A stretch of DNA of 64,000 bases, taken from positions 352,001-416,000 of the forward strand of contig CBDBFU010000012.1 of NCBI GenBank assembly GCA_965205025.1. The letters run 5' to 3'. Made by a program: the position numbers and the translations under genes. Numbering within the stretch: the stretch's first letter is position 1; every line of letters begins with the position of its first letter. Shown piece after piece: positions 1 to 10,246 of the stretch. Below the pieces are notes generated by a model. That model was not told the DNA's origin, did not search any database, and was given only the letters and a program-made list of their open reading frames with translations. Source of the DNA: Candidatus Poribacteria bacterium (GTDB lineage Bacteria; Poribacteria; WGA-4E; WGA-3G).

Positions 1-1695
1 AGTTCTTTACGACATGGAGATTCTGCATCCGTAATCTTAATGTCTGATATCCCAAATCCTATTTATAGAGAACTCACTCCTGACATTAATGGAGTTATTA
101 AATCCATAAATGATACACAAGTATCATATCGAGGAACTAATGTTCAGTCCAGTATTGAATTGGCTCACAAGATTCTATCAAAGTCAAATCATACAAATAA
201 AGAATTATATATTATCTCTGATTTTACCAAGAACGGATGGGAGAATTGGAGTCAGATTCCCAATATCTCTGGTTCACGTATAATACTTATTCCTATAAGA
301 AGTAATCGTACTCATAATACAAATATTGAAGAAATTTCTCCATCCCATCAACTAATAGGAGTAGATTTACCATTATATTTAAATATCAAAACCAACAATC
401 ATTCAGATACACCATTAACACAAACAACACTTTCAATGTATACAAAGAATAAAAAACAAATAGAACAATCCTTTTCAGCTAATCCACATGAATTGATTAG
501 TAAGTCGATTAGCCATAGCTTTCCAGCTCCAGGATTTCATATAGGATCATTTGAGTTAACCTCTGACCGATTAAATATTGATAATAAACGATATTTTGTT
601 TTAAAAGTGTTGGGGGATATTCGTGTGCTTTGTGTGAGTGATAATAATGAAATTATAATATTGTCATTAAACCCTTTATTCAATTCCCCTGAAAGTGTAG
701 GACAAGGAAAAAACTCAATGATCTTACCTATACCGTGCCACATATCTGAATTCGATGAATACCCTCTTGATGATATAGATATAATCCTCTTTACAGATGT
801 CTCATCCATATCAGAGAGATCTGAATCTAAGATAATAGAATTCATCAGAAAAGGTAAGGATATAATTGCATTTGTTTCTGAAAAAAGCAACTTCACATGG
901 TCTCCAGCAGAATTTAATCAAGTTGAAGAATGGGATAGACCAAGGAAAATTATCCAATATGATAAAACACATCCCATATTTGAGATTTTCGAGGAAGGAG
1001 TCTTGTCTGGACAATATGCCCCTCAATTCTATCGTGGATTGACAACAGTATTATCCAAAGGCTCTAATATAATTGCAAGTTTAGATGACGATACACCTTT
1101 TCTAATTGAGAAACAAGAAAAGAACAGTAAAATTATTTTCTATAATGTATCTCTTGATAGTGATTCAATAAGAAATGAGCTTTTACTTAACCCATATTTT
1201 CTACCTTTGATACAAAATACTGTCTTATATGCCAATTACGATGAAACACAAAGGAATATTTTAATAGGTGAATCTTATATTAAAAAATATAATAATCTAA
1301 TAGGAAGTCCTGTTTGGATAAAACGAGTTGATTCTGTAGATGAGAATGAAGGAACTACTGTTATTATACAGGAAGATGGATCTTTGAAATATAATTCAAC
1401 AGAAGAGCCAGGGATATATCAAGTAGACATATCATCAGAAGGAAATCTTTATAGAGAATTCTTTGCAGTAAATACACATCCATCTGAATCAAATTTAGAA
1501 CAGATTCATCTAAAGGATGCATCCCAAAAGATTAATGCACAAACACAATCATTAGATGGTGTGGAATTTGATTCTAAATCATTAGATTTACATAGACACG
1601 GTCGAGAAATCTGGGGTGAATTGTTACTATTAGCAGTATGTCTATTGTTGGTTGAAGGATTTCTCTCTAATCGTGTAAGTGCCACCACATCATAG
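1..1695 (+). CDS. BatA/VWA-domain membrane protein, 5' partial (VWA end, Ig/CARDB-like and GATase-like domains, C-terminal TM)
   Basis: Frame is open from base 1. Contains VWA-like 'GTN...LYIISDF', 'DRLNIDNKRYFVL' and 'FAVNTHPSESNL', then C-terminal TM 'REIWGELLLLAVCLLLVEGFL', as in BatA/VWA surface proteins. Confidence 0.7.
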   Translation, partial: SSLRHGDSASVILMSDIPNPIYRELTPDINGVIKSINDTQVSYRGTNVQSSIELAHKILSKSNHTNKELYIISDFTKNGWENWSQIPNISGSRIILIPIRSNRTHNTNIEEISPSHQLIGVDLPLYLNIKTNNHSDTPLTQTTLSMYTKNKKQIEQSFSANPHELISKSISHSFPAPGFHIGSFELTSDRLNIDNKRYFVLKVLGDIRVLCVSDNNEIIILSLNPLFNSPESVGQGKNSMILPIPCHISEFDEYPLDDIDIILFTDVSSISERSESKIIEFIRKGKDIIAFVSEKSNFTWSPAEFNQVEEWDRPRKIIQYDKTHPIFEIFEEGVLSGQYAPQFYRGLTTVLSKGSNIIASLDDDTPFLIEKQEKNSKIIFYNVSLDSDSIRNELLLNPYFLPLIQNTVLYANYDETQRNILIGESYIKKYNNLIGSPVWIKRVDSVDENEGTTVIIQEDGSLKYNSTEEPGIYQVDISSEGNLYREFFAVNTHPSESNLEQIHLKDASQKINAQTQSLDGVEFDSKSLDLHRHGREIWGELLLLAVCLLLVEGFLSNRVSATTS

Positions 1696-1739
1696 ACGGT
1701 ATAATGATTATATTTCAGTAATATAATGTAGGTAGAATC

Positions 1740-3662
1740 GTGATTACAATTAATTACATCTCTAAATCTACTCTTACGAGTATTATGATTCTTGGTTTAT
1801 TCCTCTCACTAATTCTACCTATTTTGGCAAATCAACAAATTAGGATTGAAAGCATTGTCTTGTCTGGAAATCAATCATTCAATAATGAACAGATACTAAA
1901 ATTAATGGATGTGAAAATCGGGGAGATTTATGACAAGGAATTAATCAAAAATGATACTGATAGAATATCCAAATTTTATCGGAATAAAGGTTTCCTATAT
2001 GTAAGAGTGATAGAATCACCCAATATCATAAATGATGAAGTATTCATAAGATTAATAATAGATGAAGGGAAAATCCGTTCATTTACTCTAACAGGGAACA
2101 CAAAAACAAAAGAAAATGTAATTTTACGAGAACTACTATTTCAGAAGAATGATGTATATATAGAAGCAGATAGGAAAGAAAGTGAAAGAATATTAAGACA
2201 AAAACCGTATATAGGTGCAGCAAAGATTGAGTCTCAATGGAATGAAGATTTACAAGGAGTTGTAATTCATGTCACAGTGACTGAGTTTTTCTCATTGACA
2301 GGTGCAATTGATCCAGGAATTAACAATCAAACAGGTTATTTTCTTGTACAGATGAAGGAAACCAATTTATTCGGCTCTGGACAAGGTAGCCAAATTAGAT
2401 ATGAAAGAATCAGTGAAGTTGGTGAAAAAACACGAGGGTTTGTTACGATGAAATATAGAATACCTCGACTTTTCGATTCTCATTTAAACTTCGATGGACA
2501 ATATATCCAGAATAGAGAAGGTGATTCCTGGAGTGTATTGTTAGAACGACCACAATACTCCCTTAAAAGTCGTTGGAGTGCCCAATTAGGTATATCTGAA
2601 TTGATTAATCAGGTGCGATGGTATGAACACGGCATGAGAACTGATACATTTGAACAAACAAGAAATAAAGCTGCTGGGAACGTATTACGTTATTTTGGAG
2701 ATCGTCATCATCAGAACTATATAGGGGTTTGGTTTGATTCAATACGTTCAAATTACTATTCCATAGAATCTGTTAGTCAATCAATAGCATCACCGATGAA
2801 TCATGATATTAAACGTGTTGGTATTAAACTTGGTCGAAGAAACATTGGTTTCCATAAAACAAGGTTTCTCAAAGGTATGGGGGGAGATGAAGATTTTGTG
2901 ACTGGATCAGTATATGATTTATCGGTAGGCTATTCATCTCCTCTATATGGATCTGAGAGAACAGAGACTTATACGTCCCTTTCTTTTAACTCAGGTTGGG
3001 AAAGTAAGGATAGATTATTTGCAACGGCATTGATAGGTTTTAAGACAGGTTTTACCAATCAGATTGAGCATTCTGTAATACAATCTGGTTGTGCATTCTA
3101 TTTTAGAGATGTCTTTAATACAGGTGATATTTATAGAGTAGATAAAGGATTTCGTAAGAACGGTCTAATTGATTTTCATCAGACTATTGTTGCACAATTC
3201 AAATCTGTGATGCAATATGGATGGCGAGGTGAGAGTCAAGTTCTATTAGGTGCTGATACTGGTTTACGAGGATATGCTTTAAGAGAGTTTAGCGGTGAGA
3301 AAATGATGCTTCTTAGTATAGAAAGTCGAACACTATGTGGAGGATCAATTTTTAATAGTATAAATAATGGTCTAACCAAATTTGCTACATTTATTGCCAA
3401 ACCGTTTGTTAAGAACCGAACGATCGATCTTGGTTTAATCATGAGTTTTACATCCTTTATAGATTTTGGATATATCTGGGATAGTGATAATCCATTTAAT
3501 GGACAGGATATAAAACGGGGCATAGGATTTGGCTTGAGGGGTAGTTTTGCTAAGGTTAGTGATGCAGGTATATTCCGATTTGAGGTGGCATTTCCTCTTG
3601 ATCCAACACCTCCTGACTCTATTAAACCTCATTTATTGTATGGAATTGAACGAGCATTCTAA
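1740..3662 (+). CDS. Omp85/BamA-TamA family outer-membrane protein with POTRA domains
   Basis: Signal peptide, POTRA motifs (GNQSF..., GNTKTKENVILREL), 'ETNLFGSGQ', 'LRGY' loop motif and terminal Phe. Confidence 0.8.
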   Translation: MITINYISKSTLTSIMILGLFLSLILPILANQQIRIESIVLSGNQSFNNEQILKLMDVKIGEIYDKELIKNDTDRISKFYRNKGFLYVRVIESPNIINDEVFIRLIIDEGKIRSFTLTGNTKTKENVILRELLFQKNDVYIEADRKESERILRQKPYIGAAKIESQWNEDLQGVVIHVTVTEFFSLTGAIDPGINNQTGYFLVQMKETNLFGSGQGSQIRYERISEVGEKTRGFVTMKYRIPRLFDSHLNFDGQYIQNREGDSWSVLLERPQYSLKSRWSAQLGISELINQVRWYEHGMRTDTFEQTRNKAAGNVLRYFGDRHHQNYIGVWFDSIRSNYYSIESVSQSIASPMNHDIKRVGIKLGRRNIGFHKTRFLKGMGGDEDFVTGSVYDLSVGYSSPLYGSERTETYTSLSFNSGWESKDRLFATALIGFKTGFTNQIEHSVIQSGCAFYFRDVFNTGDIYRVDKGFRKNGLIDFHQTIVAQFKSVMQYGWRGESQVLLGADTGLRGYALREFSGEKMMLLSIESRTLCGGSIFNSINNGLTKFATFIAKPFVKNRTIDLGLIMSFTSFIDFGYIWDSDNPFNGQDIKRGIGFGLRGSFAKVSDAGIFRFEVAFPLDPTPPDSIKPHLLYGIERAF

Positions 3663-3685
3663 ATCTATTATATAGATAATGATAT

Positions 3686-5593
3686 ATGTTAAAACCATCT
3701 ATCTTATCAACAGAAAATATCACATTACGATCTATACTAATTGGACTTCTGTCTCTTCCACTTAATATCTACCTAGTTGTTCAAACAGAGACTGTTTGGA
3801 CTACACAATACCCTACTACGATGGCGATCTTCTTCAACGCCGTCTTCACGCTCTTCATCCTAACAATTCTAAATCTGTTTCTGATTAAATACCTACCAAA
3901 ATGGAAGTTCTCACAGGCAGAAATGCTCACAGTTTACCTAATGGTAACCTTAGCATGTGTTGTCAGTGGACACGATTTATTGCAAGCAACTATGTGCATT
4001 TTGGGTCATGCAAGTTGGTTTGCAACCCCTGAAAATGAATGGCAAGCACTATTCTTTCGATACATCCCTGACTGGATTGCCGTTATGGATCAAAATGCAC
4101 TTACTGGTTATTATGAAGGAACATCTAATTTCTTTGAAATAGATCATATACAAGCATGGATTACACCTATAACACACTGGTTAATATTCTTTTCAGCATT
4201 AGCATTTTCTATGATAATGCTGAGTGTAATACTTCGAAAACAATGGATTGAACATGAAAAACTCAGTTATCCTATTATCCTACTTCCTTATGAAATGACA
4301 ACAGGGAGTGGATTCTATCGAAGCCGATTATTATGGATAGGAATTGGCATTGGACTGGGACTTGACCTATTGAATGGACTCAATTTTCTATATCCAGTGA
4401 TACCGGGAATACCAATTAGGCATGATATTGGAAGAATGTTTACAGAAAAACCGCTTAATGCAATCGGTTCAACACCTATACATCTAAATCCTTATGCTAT
4501 TGGAATAGGCTACTTGATGCCACTTGGTTTATCACTATCATGTTGGGTCTTTTATTTATTTTGGAAAGTACAGCTTGTATTTGGTTCAATTACGGGATTA
4601 AACCAGACCCCAGGATATCCACACATTGATATGCAATCACTCGGTGCTTATTTTGCATTATGCTTTTTTGCATTATGGGTTACACATAAACATTTATGGA
4701 AGGTATTCAAGAAAATTATCGGTGTTAGAAGCGATCTTGACTTATCCAATGAACCAATAGGATACAGAGGAGCATTCATAGGTTTTCTTATCAGTATTGC
4801 TATAGTGTTTGGATTTTGTCTCAGAGCGGGAATGTCATGGTGGGGGATTCTTGGTTTCTTTAGTATTCACTTTATATTAGTTTTGGCATTCACACGAATG
4901 AGAGCAGAACTTGGTACACCAACCCAAGACTTTTATCGTGCAGGACCAAGTTTTTTCCTTACAACTATCTTCGGTTCACGGAAGATAGGGGCACAAACAC
5001 TTACAGGATTTTCATTCTTATATGGATTCACTCGAAATTACCGTTCACAACCAATGCCAAATCAACTTGAAGGATTCAAATTAGCTGATAAAGGTTCCAT
5101 TAATAACAAACAACTTCTGTGGGTGATGTGGGGATCATCAGTAATTGGATTGCTCATCGGATTCGTTGCATTTCTTCATGCTGGATATCTCCATGGAAGT
5201 ATAGGAACTTGGCGAGGACAAGAGGCATTTAATGATCTTCAACGTTGGTTGACTATTCCAAGTGAAACGGAATGGAGACATCTCGGTTTCTTTGGATTTG
5301 GAGTTATATTAACAATAGGCACTTTATTGATGAGAATTAAATTTCTTTGGTGGCAACTACACCCACTCGCTTACCCACTTGCAGGGAATTGGAACTTTGG
5401 AAGACTGTGGTTTCCAGTCTTCATTGCTTGGACTATCAAGACAATACTTGTTCGTCACGGTGGAATTGGTGCATATAGGAAAACACTACCTCTGTTCTTA
5501 GGAGCAATGTTGGGGGAATTTGTTATGGGGAGTATTTGGGCGATTTTAGGTTTATCATTAGGTGAACGTATGTATTCATTCAAACATTGGTAG
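3686..5593 (+). CDS. Polytopic membrane protein, DUF6785/DUF6784-like putative peptide transporter
   Basis: Many TM segments; family-typical 'RKQWIEHEKLSYPI', 'RMRAELG', 'WWQLHPLAY' and 'GGIGAYRKTLPLFLG'. Confidence 0.65.
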   Translation: MLKPSILSTENITLRSILIGLLSLPLNIYLVVQTETVWTTQYPTTMAIFFNAVFTLFILTILNLFLIKYLPKWKFSQAEMLTVYLMVTLACVVSGHDLLQATMCILGHASWFATPENEWQALFFRYIPDWIAVMDQNALTGYYEGTSNFFEIDHIQAWITPITHWLIFFSALAFSMIMLSVILRKQWIEHEKLSYPIILLPYEMTTGSGFYRSRLLWIGIGIGLGLDLLNGLNFLYPVIPGIPIRHDIGRMFTEKPLNAIGSTPIHLNPYAIGIGYLMPLGLSLSCWVFYLFWKVQLVFGSITGLNQTPGYPHIDMQSLGAYFALCFFALWVTHKHLWKVFKKIIGVRSDLDLSNEPIGYRGAFIGFLISIAIVFGFCLRAGMSWWGILGFFSIHFILVLAFTRMRAELGTPTQDFYRAGPSFFLTTIFGSRKIGAQTLTGFSFLYGFTRNYRSQPMPNQLEGFKLADKGSINNKQLLWVMWGSSVIGLLIGFVAFLHAGYLHGSIGTWRGQEAFNDLQRWLTIPSETEWRHLGFFGFGVILTIGTLLMRIKFLWWQLHPLAYPLAGNWNFGRLWFPVFIAWTIKTILVRHGGIGAYRKTLPLFLGAMLGEFVMGSIWAILGLSLGERMYSFKHW

Positions 5594-5719
5594 ATTTACA
5601 GATTAGAATATGATCATCCTAATACATCTATATAAAGAGTGTAATAGATTGTCTTCATCAATAAAAAATAATGATGTCAATCTTAATGAATAAGTTTGTA
5701 AATTTAATAAGAGCTTAGA

Positions 5720-5766
5720 ATTGATGAAGATCGGAAATGTGGGAACCCGTATACATCTTCATCAAT
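5720..5766. terminator. Inverted repeat between convergent genes
   Basis: ATTGATGAAGAT (5720-5731) and ATCTTCATCAAT (5755-5766). Confidence 0.4.
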
Positions 5767-5782
5767 CCATAGTAAACTCCTA

Positions 5783-6340
5783 TTATTTATCATCCTTTTT
5801 CTCTTCTTTCTTATTCTTTTTCGATCGAAGTTCTTGAAGAATTTCCACAACAGTTTCCATCTGTTCTTCCAGTTTATCCAGACGTGGTTCTACTGATTCA
5901 ACTGTTATATCATCATCATCTTCTATTTCGACACTTTGAGGTCCATCAGATTCGGAAGAACGACTTTCTTTATCACTAAAAAAGGAACGTGTGAATATAT
6001 CACCTATATTCTTCATCTCATCTCCAATTGTCTTTTTCGCTTCATGTATATCAAAGTCAAATTCAAACCCAGAACCTTCTTTTAAATAGGTTGCGACTTG
6101 ATGATATGCATAACCAATGTCACCAACAGAGGCATTGCTATCTAAAGGTTGGAAGAATCCTTCTGGTAATGCTTCTAATTCATAAAGCCGATTTAAGGCA
6201 TTATTAAACTGTAGAATGCATCTGTTTTCACCATCAGAAAAATTGTCTGTCACTGATGGTTTTTCAAGAAATCGTGTAGTTGCTTCTAACATCCTTACTA
6301 TTTTACGTATTTCTGTTCTAATTTCACGTTCATTACTCAT
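5783..6340 (-). CDS. Hypothetical protein with C-terminal coiled coil
   Basis: ORF; start moved to MSNERE (6340) because GAGGAG precedes it. Confidence 0.7.
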   Translation of the reverse strand: MSNEREIRTEIRKIVRMLEATTRFLEKPSVTDNFSDGENRCILQFNNALNRLYELEALPEGFFQPLDSNASVGDIGYAYHQVATYLKEGSGFEFDFDIHEAKKTIGDEMKNIGDIFTRSFFSDKESRSSESDGPQSVEIEDDDDITVESVEPRLDKLEEQMETVVEILQELRSKKNKKEEKKDDK

Positions 6341-6475
6341 GATTAATCTCCTCAATATTATTATAGACACTTTGAAAATATAGAGTCACCTATAAAATAA
6401 AAGGATAGTAAAAAGTTAAAATATTTTTCAATGACCTGATATTTTCCCGATTAATACCATGTGACGAAGTTAATC

Positions 6476-7684
6476 TTATCCTTCTTTTAATTCCCCAACA
6501 TTCCGTCTTATTTTTATTGCTGCTTTTACAATATCTTCCATATCATCTTCTGTTCCCATTAATATATTCTGACCTAAAGCAAGACCAGATTGGCATATTC
6601 TTTCAGTTTCAGGACAGTTTGTGTTAGAATAATCCAGTTTGTCCCCAAATGTATTTGTATTGAGAAAGGTAGAACGATACATAGGAGTACTATACCAATA
6701 ACCGATAGGAATACCTTCAGCACGCATAGCACTAATGAATGTAGCTCGAGAAATATCCTCAAAATCCTCTGAATCAAAAATAGCTTTGTATCCGTGTGAA
6801 CCACCTCGAGTCGCCCGTGGATCCAGAGGCGTTACTTTAATACCAGGAATTTCACCAAACCATCCATCTAACCAACGCATATTCATGTGTCTGTGGTTTG
6901 TTTCACTTTCAAGTCTTGTTAATCTGGAATTTAGAATTCCAGCTTGCCATTCAGTCATTCTGAAATTTGCCCCAAAAGGTTCGATATTACCGTATTCTGC
7001 ATCAGGAGTTGTACGTCCACAGTTGTGTAGAGAATACACTCGCTCATATAACTCCCGATCATTCATTAGGACAATTCCCCCTTCACCGGCACATAGGTTC
7101 TTTGATGATTGAAAACTAAAACATCCAAAATCTCCCCAGCTACCGACTCCCTTTCCACGCCATTCAGCACCATGTGCCTGTGCACAATCCTCAATTACTC
7201 GTAAGTTATGTTTTGCTGCAATTTCAATAATTGAATCCATATCTGCAGGATAACCAGCAATATGTACAGGGAGGATTGCCTTTGTTCTATCAGTAACTGC
7301 GTCTTCCAATTTTGACGCGTCAATCAAAAAACTATCAGGGGCAGTATCCACAAAAACAGGGATTGCATGCGTCATTAAAATTGCTACAACTGTGGCTTGA
7401 AAGGTGTAAGCAGTTGTAATTACTTCATCATCCGGTCCAACATCTGCAGCCTTTAAAGCAAGATAGAGTGCTGTTGTACCACTATTAACACAAACGCCAT
7501 ATTTTGCACCCTGGAATTCGGCGAAACTATTAGAAAACTCAGAAACTTGTTTCCCTCCAACTCCCCAAACTTTACTATTATAGATACTCTCGAATATCTC
7601 TAAATCTTTTGGATCAAGAGTAGGCCAGGACGGAAAAGGTTTATCTCTTACGGGTACGCCACCATTTATTGCTAAAACAGACAT
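6476..7684 (-). CDS. DegT/DnrJ/EryC1/StrS family PLP aminotransferase
   Basis: 'NSGTTAL', 'IEDCAQAHGA', 'FSFQSSKNL..GEGG' (PLP lysine) and 'NFRMTEWQA'. Confidence 0.92.
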   Translation of the reverse strand: MSVLAINGGVPVRDKPFPSWPTLDPKDLEIFESIYNSKVWGVGGKQVSEFSNSFAEFQGAKYGVCVNSGTTALYLALKAADVGPDDEVITTAYTFQATVVAILMTHAIPVFVDTAPDSFLIDASKLEDAVTDRTKAILPVHIAGYPADMDSIIEIAAKHNLRVIEDCAQAHGAEWRGKGVGSWGDFGCFSFQSSKNLCAGEGGIVLMNDRELYERVYSLHNCGRTTPDAEYGNIEPFGANFRMTEWQAGILNSRLTRLESETNHRHMNMRWLDGWFGEIPGIKVTPLDPRATRGGSHGYKAIFDSEDFEDISRATFISAMRAEGIPIGYWYSTPMYRSTFLNTNTFGDKLDYSNTNCPETERICQSGLALGQNILMGTEDDMEDIVKAAIKIRRNVGELKEG

Positions 7685-7804
7685 ATTCTACTCCAGTGTT
7701 TACTCCAAATTATAAGGTTAGAAATAGTTCTATTGTATAAAGAAATTAGAACATATTACATAAACAAATTTTTGTAGTTTTTGCAATGTGCTATGTTAAA
7801 CAAA

Positions 7805-7828
7805 CGGACAGGGAGACCCTACCCCTAT
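7805..7828 (-). repeat. Degenerate REP-like palindrome
   Basis: Reverse complement ATAGGGGTAGGGTCTCCCTGTCCG matches the element at 56945-56968 at 19 of 24 positions. Confidence 0.5.
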
Positions 7829-7916
7829 GCAGAAAGACTATATTTGCAAAACAGGTCGTATTTATGAGACACACTGTATCTGACAGCATGAGTTTAGAGA
7901 ATAGTAGAAAATCCAA

Positions 7917-8435
7917 TTACGATAGTTGAATTACATGGTCTTTTACAATTTTCGGTGGAAATCTTCCTTTGGTGGTTTCCTTAATCAGATAATCCATAGT
8001 ACTTCTTGCTTTATCGGCAACTTCATCAGATATGACTCCATTCTTAACCGCTTCCTCGAATTCGTCTTCATCTTGAATGGCATAACCACCGTCAGGAGAT
8101 ATCCATAAATCTAAGAATAAATCTACAATCTCATATTTAGTCTTACTTCTGGTGACTGGCAATATTATATCACAATAATATCCTGTCCATTCACTATCAA
8201 GATTGTAGATTTTACCAATATCATACCATAAACCTGTGAATACAAACCAAATAGCAGTAAAATTATCTGCTAATACCTCCTGACCATTAAATATTATTGG
8301 AGAAGATGGACAGATTTTTTGTGTTGTTATTATAATATCATCATTTTCATACAGTAGTATCTGTTCAAAGTAATTAATTCGATCAGGTAATCGTTTATAT
8401 GTTAGTGTGATTTTTTCAGACACTATTCTCTCCAA
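7917..8435 (-). CDS. DUF402 family protein (FomD/Ntdp-like phosphatase)
   Basis: 'WYDIGK...GYYCDI...DLFLDLWI.PDG...DEDEFEEA' signature. Confidence 0.85.
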   Translation of the reverse strand: MERIVSEKITLTYKRLPDRINYFEQILLYENDDIIITTQKICPSSPIIFNGQEVLADNFTAIWFVFTGLWYDIGKIYNLDSEWTGYYCDIILPVTRSKTKYEIVDLFLDLWISPDGGYAIQDEDEFEEAVKNGVISDEVADKARSTMDYLIKETTKGRFPPKIVKDHVIQLS

Positions 8436-8444
8436 TTCTACAAC

Positions 8445-9059
8445 TCAAATAGGTATATCAGTATTTCTCACCTTCTGAATGAATTTAATCATTTTACAAT
8501 GATCTTTTATACCTTTTTCATGTTCCACACCACTTGCGACATCAACAGCATTGGGTTTAACATATTGGATTGCTTCTGATACATTTTCTGGTGTTAATCC
8601 CCCGGCAAGTATCAATCTGTTGGAATACCGTTTAGCAGACAAAGCTAAATTCCAGTTTGCTGTTCCTTTAGTAGATTTTGGTTTATCCAGAAGATGTGCG
8701 TTGACACTATATGAATCTAATATCTTAAGGTTAGATTTCTCATTAAATTCAAAAACTTTAATTATTGGTAGACTGAAGCTATCACAATATTCTGGTGTTT
8801 CAGAACCGTGTAATTGAATGAATGTTATTCCTGTTTCAGCAACAATTCTATGGATAATTGGTTTTTCTTCATCTTTGAAAACACCTACAGTAGATATAAA
8901 TGGTGGAATGGATTGGATTATTTTTGCAGCATCTGAAGGTTCAATATAACGTGGTGTTTCAGGGACAAAAATAAAACCGAGAGCATCTGTTCCAGCTTCA
9001 ACTGCACCGAGGGCATCTTTTCGGTTAGTTATACCACAGATTTTTACACGGGGAGTCAT
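8445..9059 (-). CDS. trpF: Phosphoribosylanthranilate isomerase
   Basis: 'VKICGIT', 'IQLHGSE', 'LAGGLTPENV' and 'VDVASGVE'. Confidence 0.95.
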   Translation of the reverse strand: MTPRVKICGITNRKDALGAVEAGTDALGFIFVPETPRYIEPSDAAKIIQSIPPFISTVGVFKDEEKPIIHRIVAETGITFIQLHGSETPEYCDSFSLPIIKVFEFNEKSNLKILDSYSVNAHLLDKPKSTKGTANWNLALSAKRYSNRLILAGGLTPENVSEAIQYVKPNAVDVASGVEHEKGIKDHCKMIKFIQKVRNTDIPI

Positions 9060-9233
9060 GATATGTATCGTACTTTAATAATCAATACACTTTGCTATAG
9101 TAGTTCGTTTTAATTATATTTGGATTGAAGGTAAAATTAATATGAGATTGAAACTCTTCGTTATACTGTCCAAGATAGTCAATATGGTAGATATGATTGG
9201 TAAATACTATATTATGAAGAGAAAGTCAAGGGA

Positions 9234-10229
9234 CTAAAGTGAATCAATACTGTTTCTGAATGCAGCTATGTGATTGGGAGTTGTTCCGCAACATCCACCA
9301 ATAAAATATGCACCAGAATCTATTAGTTTAGGCACATATTTTGCCATATCCTCTGGTGTTTGGGTATATACAGTTTTATAATCTTCATCAAGAATAGGCA
9401 TTCCAGCGTTTGGATAAGCCATCATCTTTTTACTATTTATATCCATATTTATCATTGCATTTCTAAGTTGTTCTGTCCCCTTAATTGCGTAAGGCATGCC
9501 AGTATGTTCATCATGTTTAGATTCAGCACCACAATTTAAACCTATTATATCAACATAGTCAACAAGTGAGTCACCATTTGAAAATTCCCCACTTGATAGT
9601 ATTTCGAGTAGGTCTTGTGCACTATGTCCCCAATCAGTCTTATATATTTCTTTACCGGTACGACGTTCTTTTGTCCATTTATAGGTTAAATTAACGGCTA
9701 TTGGTAGACCTGTTTCTCTTGCTATATCAACAGCAATTGCAGCTTCTTTAGCAGAGAACATTGTTTCTAAACATAGAAAATCAACCCCTTCATCTGCAAG
9801 CGTATTGATAACAAGTTTATGAGCTTCACGAACTTTGTCATTCGCTATTCCGAATGTAGTATCTCCACTGTCTGCCTCAATTGCACCAGGAGATGGTCCT
9901 ACTGAACCAGAGATATACACTGGTTTATTAGTTTTTTCTACAGCAGACTTGGCATGCTGAACTGCAAGTCGTGTTAAGCGTTTAGCATCAGATACATTTT
10001 GACCTGACATTTCAAGGTGTAGTGGAGAAACGACAAAAGTATTAGTTCCAATTGCATCTGCGCCAGCATTAATATAATCAGTGTGTATAGCAACAACATC
10101 ATCAGGATTTGATTCATTTGCTAACGCACTATTTGCAAGTTGAATATCTCGAGCAAATAACTGTGAACCGAAACCACCATCATATAAAATAGGAATATCA
10201 AGATTTAAACGTTCACCAAAGTCTAACAC
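9234..10229 (-). CDS. Stand-alone homocysteine S-methyltransferase domain protein
   Basis: 'DGGFGSQL', 'AGADAIGTNTF', Zn ligands 'GLNCG' and 'GGCCGTTP', and 'YPNAGMP'. Confidence 0.9.
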   Translation of the reverse strand: MLDFGERLNLDIPILYDGGFGSQLFARDIQLANSALANESNPDDVVAIHTDYINAGADAIGTNTFVVSPLHLEMSGQNVSDAKRLTRLAVQHAKSAVEKTNKPVYISGSVGPSPGAIEADSGDTTFGIANDKVREAHKLVINTLADEGVDFLCLETMFSAKEAAIAVDIARETGLPIAVNLTYKWTKERRTGKEIYKTDWGHSAQDLLEILSSGEFSNGDSLVDYVDIIGLNCGAESKHDEHTGMPYAIKGTEQLRNAMINMDINSKKMMAYPNAGMPILDEDYKTVYTQTPEDMAKYVPKLIDSGAYFIGGCCGTTPNHIAAFRNSIDSL

Positions 10230-10246
10230 TTATTATAACTCTTTCT